Origin: the human T2T-CHM13v2.0 reference genome, Homo sapiens
NCBI RefSeq assembly: GCF_009914755.1
Contig: NC_060940.1
Strand: one strand, 5' to 3'
Length of the DNA stretch: 64,000 nucleotides
Positions within the stretch are counted from its first letter, which is position 1; each line of letters begins with the position of its first letter. Below are positions 46,161 through 58,860 of this stretch, piece after piece. The notes beneath the pieces were generated by a model. That model saw nothing but the letters and a program-made list of their open reading frames with translations. It ran no database searches and had not been told where the DNA came from. The position numbers and the translations under genes were made by a program.

Positions 46161-46401
46161 GCCCTGACAGGCCCAGCCTGTCTCCCTCAGGTGTTAAAAA
46201 AGGGCGGTGGAACCAAGGGCGAGGGAGCACTCCTTGGGTTATCCATGATGAAGAGAGGAAAAACAATCCCCTGACTTTCTCTCCCTCCCCTCAGTCACCC
46301 TCTTCTCTCTCATCCTACAGTGATGGGCTGACCCACAGGAAGTCATCATGGGAAGGGGGTCAGGAACGTTGTGTGAGCAACCTCAGACCCCTGAAAAGCT
46401 C

Positions 46402-47304
46402 TTCTAAGAGGGTCCTTAGCTTTGCCCTCTTAACGAATCCCCAATCCGTTACTCAAGCCCTGGTGCTAAGATTCATCTTGGATCTCCTCCTGCCTTCACT
46501 TATATTTTGTTATTGTTCTGTTCTCTGTCTTACCTCCCAGTAGCTATTTCCCAAGATTCACTGAATTCAGACATTGGCAACTTCCTGGCAGGAGCTGCCT
46601 CTGGTAGGAGGAGGGAAGCTGCCACGGCCAAGCAGACTTGCTGCGACTTTCCTCTTCTCCCAAAGTTCTCCCAAACCCTCAGGGGCAAGCAGAGTGTATG
46701 TAGGTGGGCGGGGCCTCCCACTCCTTTTCCCTTTGGTCTCTGAAGGCTTCCAGATCCTCATGGCACCCAGATCTACTTGGGTCAGCTGCACTAGCCCTGA
46801 CCCTGGGTCAGAGTGAGGCTTGGGGGCGAGAGGGGGCTGGTCTCCCTTCTGATTGCCTATTGACCCCTGAATCATTAGCTGCTTGGAATCAAATGTTCCT
46901 GACCGGCCGGCTCTGGTGGGCACACAGCCATGAGATCAGTCAGGCCTGCCTGATATATCTGTGGCCCAGCTCATTCAAAATCAATGCCATGATCCTCTCA
47001 AATGGAGGCTCCCTGGGAGGATGCATTGATTTCTGGGCCACAAAGAATCGCGTGCCTCCAAACTGCAATGCTGAAATTCCCATTGTCTTTTTGGCTCCTG
47101 CTGGGGGCCAGATGCAATATTTCTCCCCACTTCTTTGGGGAGTGCTCCACTGTTTTTAGAATACGGTTCTGGCTAACACTAGACCACCCCATGAAGGAGA
47201 GGGAGAAGGCCATGACTCTGTCATCCCCTGCTAATCTTAGCACCAGGGCTTGAGTAACAGATTGGGGATTCATTAAGAGGGCAAATCTAAGGACCCTCTT
47301 AGAA
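46402..47304. repeat. 72-bp inverted repeat (46402-46473 and 47233-47304), 759-bp spacer
   Basis: Arms differ at 3 of 72 positions; also visible as near-identical peptides SKRVL.FALL.NPQSVTQALVLR in opposite-strand ORFs. Confidence 0.97.
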
Positions 47305-47389
47305 TGGGACATGGGACAGGCTGGGCTCCTAAACATCCTCCAACCCTATTTCAGAATTGCTATTATAATGTTTTTTCTCCTTCTCTCTG

Positions 47390-48030
47390 TTGTAAAAAGC
47401 ATTTTCAAGTCACCAAACCCAAATCAAGTAGCAAGGAAGGAAATATTTTGGCTTGGGTAACTTGGAATTCTGGCTTTAGGAGCAGCTACATTCAGGAACT
47501 AACACAATGTTGTTCGTCAATTGGTGGGGCAGCGAGTCAATCTTAGCCAATGAGATGCTCCTATTGTTTAGACCTCTCTCTACTGGCCAATGGGCGGGCA
47601 CCTGATCAGAGTTCAGCCATTAAGATCTGCTGACCCCTGTCTCTCTCTCAGCCTCTCAGCTCTGCTCTCTGTTGCTTGGTGCCATTCTTATAGTAGCAAG
47701 ATGGTGGCCAGCTGCCCCAGGCTGATCTGTACCCTCAGGTTTAAGTTCAGTGAAGAGAATGTCTCTTCCCTGATCATGCTAATGATAATCCTGGAACAGA
47801 CTCTGTTTTTCTCTGATTTGCCACGATTTGGACTCGTACCCATCCTTAAATCAACTATAATATCTGGAAAGATGTGATGCTCAGATTGGTCAGACCAAAG
47901 TCATATGATTGTTGAGAGTTAGCACCACCCAAACCATGTGGACCGAGTGTGTGGGGGGTGGTTCCTTAAAGCAACACCTGTTGCTTTTCCAGAAAAATGG
48001 GATGGGTGCCGGGCAGGCAGAGATGTCTGC
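47390..48030 (-). mobile_element. Old MLT1 (J/K/L-like) LTR, interrupted by module copy C
   Basis: aaatattttggcttgggtaact..., gcaagatggtggccagctgccccaggct..., gatgctcagattggtcagacc...gtcatatg. Confidence 0.7.
47517..47632 (+). repeat. CCAAT module copy C (~1.5 units plus array-B tail)
   Basis: ggtggggcagcgagtcaatcttagccaatgagatgctcctattgttt...ggccaatgggcgggcacctgatcagagttcagccattaagatc aligns to ~45530-45641. Confidence 0.93.
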
Positions 48031-48374
48031 TGCACACCTTAACTCCAAAGCCTAGCTGTGGGGCAGAGGGGGTTCCCAGCGCTTTCTGATACCATTAGGG
48101 CTAGAAGAACCTCATTCAACTCTTCAGGGGACAGGTGGAGCCCCACTGACAAGGAGCAGTGGCTGTATCTGAGTCCAGCTGGGCTGTGCGCTTTCCTTTT
48201 TCCTCATCTGACCCTGTCCTGGCCTCACCTTGCAAGCAGCCAATAATGACAGTTTCTCTCATGCCTGGGGTCGGGGGGTGGCCATTGGTCAAAGAGTGCT
48301 CGGGGCGCTTGGCAGAAAATGGAAAATGCCTTTGATCTGGTGGGAAGAGTCGAGCATTTAGCATCAAGTTACAG

Positions 48375-48830
48375 CCAAGGGCTTTGAAGTTAGGCTAGTC
48401 CTGAGTTCAGATCTCACCTCTGCCACTTCCATGGGCAAGTGTTGTAGCTTCTCTGTGGCTCAACATTCTCACGTGCAAGGGGGTAATGATGGTGATAATG
48501 ATGGGTAACACAGAATATGCTGTGTGCCTTCAATACTGTGTGTGTGTGTGACCTTATTGAAACTTCATAGTAATCCTATGATATAAGGTACTGTTATTTG
48601 CATTTTACAGATAAGTTACAGGAATTTGAGGCCCAGGAAGTCTAAGTCACTTGCCCAAGGCCACACAGCTTGAAAGTGGCAGAGCTGAGATTTGAAACCA
48701 GGCAGTCTAGCTCTAGAATTCAAGCTCCTACTACTAAACTATACCCACCTGACCAGCCTAGTGTGCAGAATAAATGAGGCACCATACGCAAACAGCTTAT
48801 CATGGTGCCTGGTGTTTGAAAGTGCTCAGG
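48375..48830. mobile_element. MIR cluster in both orientations
   Basis: gggctttgaagttagg...ctgagttcagatctcacctctgccact; cattttacagat...cacttgcccaaggccacacagct...gatttgaaaccaggcagtct. Confidence 0.8.
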
Positions 48831-50079
48831 GGATGACTGCAGTCCCTCCCTCTCTCTGCTGACCTGCAACCTCACAGGCAGGGCTGGCCATCACGCGCCA
48901 AGTCCACGTGAGCTGGATTTGCTGCATTGTAGGGTTTCCATGGCAGGCTGGGCAGAGCGGGCAGCACACTGCCCTGCAGCTCCCAGCTCCTGGCCACACA
49001 CACCAAAGACTCATTGTTGGAAGCTCCTGTTTGCCCATCTCACCCATCACCAAGCAACAGGGGTGCTGGGGGGAGGCTGAATAAGTGAACGGAAAATGGA
49101 AATGGCTTTGGAAACAAAGAGCCGACTTGAGAGAGGTGTTTATCTACAGGATCTTGTGATTTATAGGTACCTGACAGGGTGGGGATAGTTGGCTGTCCGC
49201 AGCTCTAGTGGGGAGTTAGCATCAGGCAGGTTATGGAGGCCTCAGGAGGCAATGTCAGGGGTCCGGAAGCTGATGACTGCCCCACCGGCTTGCAGTGGCT
49301 GCAACCCTAATGGGGCTGAAGACCACGAAGCCGGTCTTTAAGCACATTCAGATCATGAACTCTCAAAAGGGACAGTCCGATTTCTGAGACCATCTTCTAT
49401 GACCTGGGGAGGCTCTGAGCTGGAGAGAGACCCTTTTAAGCCCCCACTCTCTTTTTCCAAGGTGACCCTGGCCTTGAATGGAAGCTGTGTCTCCTTCTAC
49501 CCATGATGGAAGGTGGTTATTAACAAAAGTGGGACTCACTGCTGATTACCTTCCCCACCCCATTAATTTTCATTTTTCCTGAATCCTTTGAGGCAGGCTG
49601 TGGGCCGAGGCAGTGGGGACTAGATTGTGCACGTTACACTGAAATGCACCGTGGTGACTTGCTTCTGATTTCTAAGTTAGAACATCTTACCCTTTGGCCA
49701 GGGATTTTTCTGCTCAGTGTTCTGGCCACAAACCCACCCTCATTTCTCATCAGCTAATTTTCCTCTTTCCTCCGTATAACCAGAGCCCTTAGCTCCAGCC
49801 CCTCTGACAGGGGCATTGAGAAACCACAGGTTAGAGTACCTTCTCAAACCTGGCAGAGAGAGCTCAGCCATGGGAGAAACCAGCACAGCCCCCAGTCTGA
49901 ACAGCAGCTGCCTTCTCCTTTGGGCAGTTTGCTCTGGGGGACCGAGCAGCAGGGTGTCTCCTGGAATAATATTTCAGCAGGTAAAGTTGTATCCATGGAA
50001 ATTCTCAGCACTCACATCGCATCGGAGAGCATTTACTGACTTCAGGTCCCTGGGTCCAGTCTTCAGAGGCTAGTTTCCA

Positions 50080-50178
50080 TTATTCCAGACTCTAGAATCT
50101 AGAATATGGTCCAGGTATTGGGTATCTTCTAGAAGTATCTCAGATGATTCTAATATGCAGCCAGGGTTGAGAACTCTT
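50080..50178. mobile_element. MER5-like fragment
   Basis: cagatgattctaatatgcagccagggttgagaac. Confidence 0.7.
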
Positions 50179-51289
50179 TGTCCGTAGCCTCTTCTCCTTT
50201 AAGTGGGTGAATGCATGACTTAAATCATTTAATCATTAAATCATTAAAAGCATCCAGGGAAGCTTTTAATACTGTACCTGGACATCACAAAGGAATAAAT
50301 CCCTAATGGTGAAATACAGGGAAAGTCAAAGTGGTATATTGGACAGAGTGGTGATGGTTTGCTTATCTCTTGAGTGGCATAAGTTCCCCTGCAACTCACG
50401 AGGCAAGCCCTCGTTGCCATAATTTGCGTTCCTGCCTGTCTTTAGAAGGCATGTGCCCTGATAGGGAGGGATTAGACTGTGTTTTTTCCTTTTCTTCACT
50501 GGGAAGAGTTCTCAGGTACATGGACAGACAGTCCCCTTGAATTAGTTGAGAGTAGCCTTCACCCTATCTTTCCAAAAGATGCCTAGAATAGAGTCTAGAA
50601 AAGAAAAAATTAAGCCAGAGTTGGGTAGTCAGCATGGGGGAAGGAGGAGGACAGTGGGTCTGTGAGGGTAGTTGAGGGAACTGCCCCAGCCTGGGGATCA
50701 TGGAGCCACATTCCAATTCTGAAGAAGCCAAGTGCTCAGATGGCTGGGTGGACACATGGGAACTTGAGCATCTCTTGATAGGCCTAAGATGGGTGCTTCT
50801 CCTGCTTTGCTCTCTTCTGCATGGAGGCTGAGAAAAGATCTCTGATCCTGTTTTGAGCCCCTCATCTTTGAGGCCTTATTCTCAATATCTGGTGGCTGTG
50901 AATCTTTGCTTCTGTTTCCTGAGCTTGTTGAGGGCACTCTTTCACGCGTTCTCTCTCTTCTCCCCGCCCCCCGACCTGTGATTGGAAATCAGGACCATGC
51001 CTCACCTCCTGGGGCCTGCAGAGGGTCTGCATTGAGCTGCGAGGAAGATTTAGGGACCTGGGCATGCCTGGATTTCAGGGGATAGTCCTTGGGCTGATGG
51101 GCCCCAGAAGACATACTTGCTCCTTTGTCCTTTCAGCAAGCTGGGTGCTAGAGAATGTCCAGAAGCAAGAAGACATGGTCCCCATGCTTATGACCCTGTG
51201 GTCCAGTTTCTTTCCCCATGGGGGCTCTTCCCAGTTCCTCGGGTACCCTTGGTTCCCGTTGGGGTGTTCTCACTGTGATTCCCTCCGCT

Positions 51290-51630
51290 GGAACACTTTT
51301 TCCTCTGCCTTTCTCTTGGCTGAGATTCTTTCATTCCCTTCTTGCTTTGACACAGCCCCACCTGGGGACCCGCCCTGAAGGCTCTGGCTAAGCACCGACC
51401 CCCTCCTGACCTGGTGCCTCAGTTTCCTTTGTCTCTGTACCCTGCATGCCTCCTTCATGACACACATTCCATTTGTTATCTATTTACTTGTGTGTTTCCT
51501 TCTCTCGGGTCTCTTTCCCCCACTAGACTGGAAGCTCCAAGACGGCAGGACCCACATCTGACCCATACCCCATTGTGTCCTTAGTATCTAACACAGGGCC
51601 CACATAAAACAGACCCTTGGGAGATAATTA
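51290..51630 (+). mobile_element. LINE-2 3' fragment
   Basis: ccccactagactggaagctccaagacggcaggacc...cattgtgtccttagtatctaacacagggcc. Confidence 0.75.
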
Positions 51631-51803
51631 TGATATTAAATAAACAGACGAATAGTTAGAATCACTCAAGAAAAATTCAAAGATTAAAATACTGTAATGC
51701 TGAAAGATTGAGAATTTGTAGCTGTGGGGAAGCCGAAGAGTTCTGCTTACACGGGGGCACCAAATATCACAAATCAATGCTAACAGGAGAAAATAACAGA
51801 AAT

Positions 51804-51806
<3 letters not shown>

Positions 51807-51843
<37 letters not shown>

Positions 51844-51863
51844 CGCGCGCGCACGCGCGTGTA
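51807..51863. repeat. (GT)14(GC)9 compound microsatellite; uninterrupted purine-pyrimidine alternation
   Basis: Read directly from the sequence. Confidence 0.97.
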
Positions 51864-51944
51864 AGTGTGTGAGTGTGAATGTGTGTGTGTGTCTTCCTTT
51901 ATACTGAGCAGTATGTTGGGTCATTATTTTACAAATACCATGAA

Positions 51945-52715
51945 AACGACCTTCGTTTAAGTGTTAATTATCCCCATTTTAGAGATGGAGAAGTTGAGGC
52001 TCAGAATGGTTAAGTAACTTGACCCAGGTCACATGACTAGTAAGTGGGAGCGTTACCTGGGTAGTCCTGGAGAAATAGCTGAGACAGCAGAACAGCTGCA
52101 AGAGCTCATTATTTTCTTAAGCAGAAGATAGCTGAGAAAGCTTAATATTGTTTGAGAAACAGTTTCTTTTAGCGTCTTTATCTCTGGATGTGCTAGCTTA
52201 CAAGGACTGCAGATGGCCCGGGAACCTCAGGACCCCTTGCCAATTATCAGAGGAAGATAAGTCCTGCTCAAAACCAGAGCTAACAGGAACCAGTGACCCC
52301 TCATTACCTTTAGATCATTAACATATCATCATAATCCAAAAATCCCCGCCCATAGAAGAAAATCGCTGTTGTTTTCTGAACATGAATCATAAGAAGGGAC
52401 ATGCTAATGATCTGTGCCAGCACATCTAAAGTTCTTTCTTGCACAAACTTACAAACCTCCCCGCCCCATATCTAACGCCTTAAAATCCTCCAGCTTCCTG
52501 CGGTGTGGGGAGGAGGAGGTGTCTTGGGAGCAAGAGCTCACTCTCTTTCTCTGGCCAAAGAGTAAATCTTGCTTGCCTTTCCCTGCCACCAACTGGGTGT
52601 TCTTTCTTTCTGGCTGATACAAAAGTAGGGAAAGAAAGGAGTCTACCAGTGACAGAAGGGCTGTGATTTGAATTCTGCTTGTTCTCTGATTCCGGAGTCC
52701 ATGCTCTTAACTGTC
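51945..52715 (-). mobile_element. MIR split by an LTR insertion
   Basis: attatccccattttagagatggagaagttgaggctcaga...ggtcacatgactagtaagtgg, resuming after 52654 with gggctgtgatttgaatt...catgctcttaac. Confidence 0.8.
52051..52654 (+). mobile_element. ~600-bp ERV solo LTR (family not assigned)
   Basis: Terminal short inverted repeat (c/t)gttac ... gtgaca, agtaaa polyA-like signal near 52561, and clean interruption of a MIR. Confidence 0.75.
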
Positions 52716-53861
52716 ATACAATTTAGAAATCAAACACAGAATAACTGACGCTAGAGAAGTGGCTCTCATCCATTGGGGCCATTTTTGGTTGTTTTGTTAT
52801 CAGCAGTGGGGACCAGAGATGCCACGTGTGCAGGATGGCCAAAGAGAGCTGAGGATGCCAGAGAGGCTCGCACGCACTGGGGCAGTGGGCAGTAGACTCT
52901 CTATGCAGTGATGACTATGTAAGTAAAGGCAGTGTAAGGGCTATACACTACCGTGGAAGCTTTGGGGCCAGGCCTTCTGTAATAGACCAGACACCTTGGT
53001 GGTGCAAGTGATATAGGAGGCTGCATAGGTCTCAAGTTCGCCTCCAAAGAGCATCAGATTGAAGCCAGCAGAATAGAGGTGTGAGCAGGCTGAGCAGGAC
53101 AGAGCAGAAGCGCAGGCCTGGAGGTGAGTGTTCAACACCACCGACATCTCTGCTCAGGGTCGAGGTGCACAGCTCGGGGGTTCCGTAGTAGGACTGACAG
53201 TCCAGTGGATAGAGTCAGGACCTAGACAGAGCAGATGGGTGCCCAGCCACAGAGCATCCGTCTTGGAGCTCATTCATTCATTCATTCACCACATACTTCT
53301 TGAGCATGTACTGCATGCCTTGCGCTGCTCTAGATGTGTGGGTAGAGCGCTGAGCAAGGGAGATGCTCCCTGCCCTCATGGAGCCAACGTTCTGGTGGGA
53401 AGGGGACAATAGCATGAACACAAATGAGATCATGCTATGAAGAAATAAGTCACGGTGATGTGGTAGAGAAGGACTGGGGTGAGATGGAGAGAGAGGCTGG
53501 GAAGCAACTTTGGTGGGAAGTCAGGAAAGGATTCTCTGGCGAGGTGACATTTGAGCTAAGGCAGGCATAAGATAAGATATCTTTAGCTATAGTTATAAAT
53601 ATAGATAGAGATAGAGATATACTTAGTCAGCAATGCAACCGTACATGGGGCTCACAAAGAGCAGTCCAGGCAGAGGAACAGACTTGGTAAACTCCCTGAG
53701 GTTAAAATAAGCTTGGCGTGCAGGGAACAAAAAGAACACCCTCTCTAGAGCACATGTGGGTGTGAGAACAGCCTAGGGGACCACGTCCTGCAGAGGCTTG
53801 CAATTCCAAGTTCAATGGGAGGGTTTTAAACACAGGTGTAAGAAGACCTGATTTATCACTC

Positions 53862-54325
<464 letters not shown>

Positions 54326-55862
54326 TCACTTGATTGCCTTGTGGAGAATGGACTGAGGTGGGTGAAAGTAGAAGCAGGGAGACTGACCAGGAGGCTCTCG
54401 GGAGGATCTCCCGCATGTCCAGGCTGAGTGCTGCTGGCTTGGTGCGGCAGTGGTCTTCAGAAGTGAGCCAATTCAGGATGCGTTATTGGTGGAGCTGCTG
54501 GCTGTTCTGGGATCCTTCACCTCTAGGGAGGCTCTTATTAGCAGGAGCAACTCCAAAAGGGTCCCTAAAGGTAACAGCCTCCCCTTCCATGCCAGCCTCC
54601 CTGCAGGCCCTGGCAGCATCCGGAGTTAGCAGCGCCGCCTTTGTCTTCGGTCTGCTCTGGTGTTAGTGATTAAATCGATCTGCACATAATTGATGTTGCT
54701 TCTCGCCAACCTGCAAACTGGACCCATATCACTGAGGCTGCGCTGCTCCCCACAGCACGACTGCTCAACAGAATCCTCCCGCTTTCTCTCTCCCAGACCA
54801 AGAGGGGGGAAAATACAGCACCCTGTAACAACAACAAAATTCTTGGCCCCTATAATTTTTATGATTTCGAAAGAGTGTCAGCCAGGGTTTCAAGACAGCA
54901 CATGTTCCCAGAACATAGCCCTGGCTTTCAGATGGTGCAGGCGTTATCTTATTCAAATCACAAACAAATAAATCATCACTCCTCACCATCTCCAGTTAGT
55001 CGCAACGGAAATTAGAAGAGCTTGCATATTCACTGTAGTCAGGTTCTGTCAAATTAGAAATGCTTATGATAATCGCGACGCAGCATAGATGCAAAGTTGT
55101 GGCATGTTAAATAACCAATTATGAGGTTTTTAAAGGAGAAGCTTGTTTAGTTCTGAGAGAGAGATTCTCGCCAGTGGAACTTGCTTTTGCCTTTGCATAA
55201 TATGGATGTAATTTAAAGTATCCCTGGGTGCTCTCCTTGTGCTATTTATTTAAGGTATTTATACAAGAATAAACTCTATCGAGATGAGGCAGCGTAGCTT
55301 GAGGAGGGCTCCGATAAAGCCAGAGTGATATTGATTACAATTGCAGAAGATTGTGGTGTCAGGTCACCTTCCCACCATTGATTGTTGATTGCTCTGTAAC
55401 GCACGCCCCCTCCCTGCTGCTAGTCACAGACACATTAATTGTGGGGACAAATTTAATCATTGCTCACTTGGAGTACTGTTGCAATTCCAAGCCATTTTTC
55501 ACACACAGTAAACTTGTGGTCAGGATGTAGAAAGAGAATTGTGAGAGCAGCATGCTACTGCAGAGAGACACAACAGATTTCCATCCTTTAATGAATAGAG
55601 TTGGAAGGATAGTTAATTCTCTCTGATTAAGCTATGGCTGTGTCTGAGTGTTGGGCTAGGCAGAAAAATGCAAGATTGACTCTTTTTCACTGCTAGGAAA
55701 ATTCTCCTGTCTTTGTCAAGATCAGCTGCCTTCTACCCTCTGGGTGATGATAGCAGAAAATAAGACAGCCTTGCAGGTGATCTACCTGCTTCCTTGACCA
55801 TGATTATTAACAGCAGGAGCCAGGCCAGCAATTACCACTGTGGTCACTGTTAATTTGTTGGG

Positions 55863-55866
<4 letters not shown>

Positions 55867-55899
<33 letters not shown>

Positions 55900-55900
55900 C
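55867..55900. repeat. (AC)n microsatellite
   Basis: Read directly from the sequence. Confidence 0.95.
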
Positions 55901-56146
55901 TTTTGGACTGCAAAGATTTTAATCTTGCCAATATAGATAGCTAATTGAATTCTTAACTAACTTTGCAATGTAGGATTTAAATCCTGACCAGTCCAAGTTT
56001 TCTTAGTGTAATGAAAACAGCACCAACATCATGTTGTAAGCAGTCATTCATTTTTGTATAAGTATTTTGGTGCTAGGTCCTGGAAATTTAGGAGTGAACA
56101 AGATGTTTAAGATCCCTGCCTTCACAGAGTTTATGTTCTAGAAAGA

Positions 56147-56512
56147 GGAGTGGTTTTCAAGTTTTAGCCTGTTTCAGAATTACCTGCAGGGCTTGTTAAA
56201 CACCCCAGTTTCTCAGGTACAATCCTTGAGTTTCTGATTCAATAGGTCTATAGTAGGATCAGGACTTTGAGTTTCTAACACGTTTCTAGTTGCTACTGAT
56301 GCTGCTGGCCCAGGGAACCCCACTTTGAGAACAACCACTCTAGTTTGGACAGTGGATTTCAAGTCTGGTTGCACATTAGAATCCCCTTTGGAAAGCTTTT
56401 GAAAAATACCAATTTCTGAAGGCATTTACTTGGTCTGAGCTGGGGTCTGGGCATTGGTGTCTTTTTCAAAAGAGCACCTCAGGTGGTTCTATTGAGCAAC
56501 TGGGTTCAAGAG
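56147..56512. mobile_element. Adjacent MER5A-like and MER5B-like DNA transposons
   Basis: agtggttttcaag...tcagaattacctg...gatgctgctggcccagggaaccccactttgagaac, then cagtggatttcaagtctggttgcacattagaatc...gggttcaagagcac. Confidence 0.85.
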
Positions 56513-56559
56513 CACATTTCTTAATCTAAAAATGAGGAATAGAGGACGGAGGGATTTAA

Positions 56560-56750
56560 CATAGGAGCTAAGAGTATGACAGCTGTCGTTCGGCACTCCA
56601 GTTCCATTCCTAGCCCTGGCAATTTTCTTGTTCTTCCTGCACCTCCATGTCCTCATCTATAACAGAAAGAATGTCCAATTCATAAACTATTGTAAGGATC
56701 AAGTGCAGTAATATATATATCTGGCATAGAGCAAGCCCTCCGTACGTGCT
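56560..56750 (+). mobile_element. MIR fragment
   Basis: cctccatgtcctcatctataaca...attgtaaggatcaagtg. Confidence 0.6.
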
Positions 56751-57699
56751 AGCTTTTAGTATTGTTTTTAGAGTGGTGCACACAGCAGGGCTTTGCCAAT
56801 TTCAATTTAATTGCTTGGTATATTTCCAGCTAAATATACCTGTTAAGGTACCAGCAGAGGTTTTTCTCTATTTGTCTTTCTTAGACCTGCCATTTGCCCT
56901 GATGAGGAATCCTGCCTGGAGGAATCCCTGCCACCTTCCTTCTCTTTCATTATTCAAACACCATATATAATCAGGTCAGCAGCCTTCTCCAACAGCCCTA
57001 ACTTCTTCGCAAAAGTGCCTTGTTTGCAGCTGTGGAAACATTCGTCATCCAGTGTAACTAAGCAAAACACCCCGCCCTGGGACGTATCTGATACACACGC
57101 TGGCGGTGCAGTGCCAGGAGTGAAAATGGTACCCGAGAATAATTCCCTAAATGAGCCACGGGCACGTAGTGAAAGCCATTGGATGCCAGAGGACCCATTT
57201 TCAAAACTGTGACTGGCAGTGAAGTTCACTCCTCTCTCCATAGCTTTCTCATGACCCGCTGTGGTTTGTGCTGTGTGAGATTTTAAAAAGTCATTCATTT
57301 GGGGGTTGTTAGGGAGTGGGGGTGAGAGTAGCTGGGTATTGGGATTGACAGGACCCTGGGGAAAGGGGCTGTGTGTCTGTGCCCATGAGGGTGGCATGCA
57401 AGACAAGGCAGCAACCCTGGCTGGTGCGGGAAGGTGATTTGGGGCAAGTTCAGGGTTCAAGAGGGAGGGGCAGGGAAGAGAATGTGCTCTCTTGAATTAG
57501 CCTCATTGGATCTCACATAAGCTAAATATATACATGGCAACAGCCCGGACCAGGAATCCAGGAGAGTCTGGGGGTGGGGAAGGCAAGGAAGTTCTTACAA
57601 AGACCAGTTGCCCAGAAGCTCTCATAACACAGATCAACTTGCCTTTGCCTCTGGTTAGCTCGGGGACAGGACACCCTCCTGGTGGGTTATCCACTCGTT

Positions 57700-57925
57700 T
57701 AGCCTAGTGGTGGAGAATGCCGGCTCCAGGGTCAGAAATGACTCTGGGCTTGAGTCACTGCCTCCTCTGGATAGGTTGTGTGCCCTTGGGTAAGCGCTTT
57801 ACCTAGTTAAGTTTGTTTCATTTGTAAAATGGGTACACTGTAATAATTGGACAGGGTTGTCACAAGGAGTCAGTAAGATTATGTCTGTAAAGTACTTCAT
57901 GTCCTGCCTGGTGCTTAGTAACTAC
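57700..57925 (+). mobile_element. MIR
   Basis: tgtgtgcccttgggtaagcgcttt...catttgtaaaatggg. Confidence 0.8.
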
Positions 57926-57929
57926 TATG

Positions 57930-58530
57930 CTTCATCCAATCTGCAACAATTTATTTGTTGAGTATAGCTCAACAAATATGTGCCTATCCCTGCTCTGGGA
58001 ATTGGACACACAGTTGTGAACAAAGGCAGGCAAGACTTCTGCCTCAAAAAACTTACATTCTGGTACGGAGAAGCTGCATAAACAACAACATAAATAAATA
58101 AGGGAAAAAGATAGCACTAAATGCTCTGCTGATCATCACAATCGGGTGCTGTCAAAGGGAATGATGAGGCCCACTTTCCATTGGGTGGCAAGATAAGGTT
58201 TCTAAGGGGAGGGGACATGGAAGCTGAGCTTCACATCATAAAGAGGCGGCCATGCAAGTAACTGGAGCAATGGCATTCTAGGCAGGGGGACCACAGTGTG
58301 GAAAGGCTGGAGTCTGGAGTGTGGAGGGACAGAAGGGGGCCAGAGTAGCTGCCACAGAGGGACCTAGGGGAAGAGTGGAGGGATGTGACATGATGGGAAG
58401 AGGCAGGAACCTGCTGGTGTAGGGCCCCGTGGGCTCTGGGATGGGCGTTGGATGCTCTTTTGAGTGCAGTGGGAAGCCACGGGAGAGTTTGAACAGGGAA
58501 CAAAGGAGAGAGTGACTTGGTTTGATTTCT
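57930..58530 (-). mobile_element. LINE-2 fragment
   Basis: tcaacaaatatgtgcc...cattctaggcaggggga...gtgggaagccacgggagagtttgaacaggg. Confidence 0.75.
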
Positions 58531-58534
58531 ATTT

Positions 58535-58860
58535 TTTTAATTCAAGTTTTAATTTTGGGTAGTTTTAGATTCACATGCAGTTGTGAAGAATAATACAGAG
58601 AGATTTTTGTACCCCTTACCCAGTTTCCCCCAATGGAAATATCTTGCAACTAAGTATAACAACTATACTTGCAATTATAGTATAACATTGGGACTAAGAT
58701 ATTGACATTGATACAGTTGAGACACAGAACATTTCTATCACAACCAGCATCCCTCATGTTGTCTCTTATTCCCACACCTGATTCCCTTCTCCCTTCCTCC
58801 TCCCTAACCTCTGACAATGAATCTGTTCTCTATTTTTATAGTGTTATCATTTAAAAATTA
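58535..58860 (-). mobile_element. L1MC-like 3' end
   Basis: tttagattcacatgcagttgtgaagaataatacagagagat...cagtttcccccaatgg...gatattgacattgatacag. Confidence 0.85.

Noticed and set aside
45965-47336. Two opposite-strand ORFs sharing a peptide, as paralogous small proteins
   Set aside because: The shared peptide is just the 72-bp inverted repeat; the rest of the ORFs is unrelated and partly LTR-derived.
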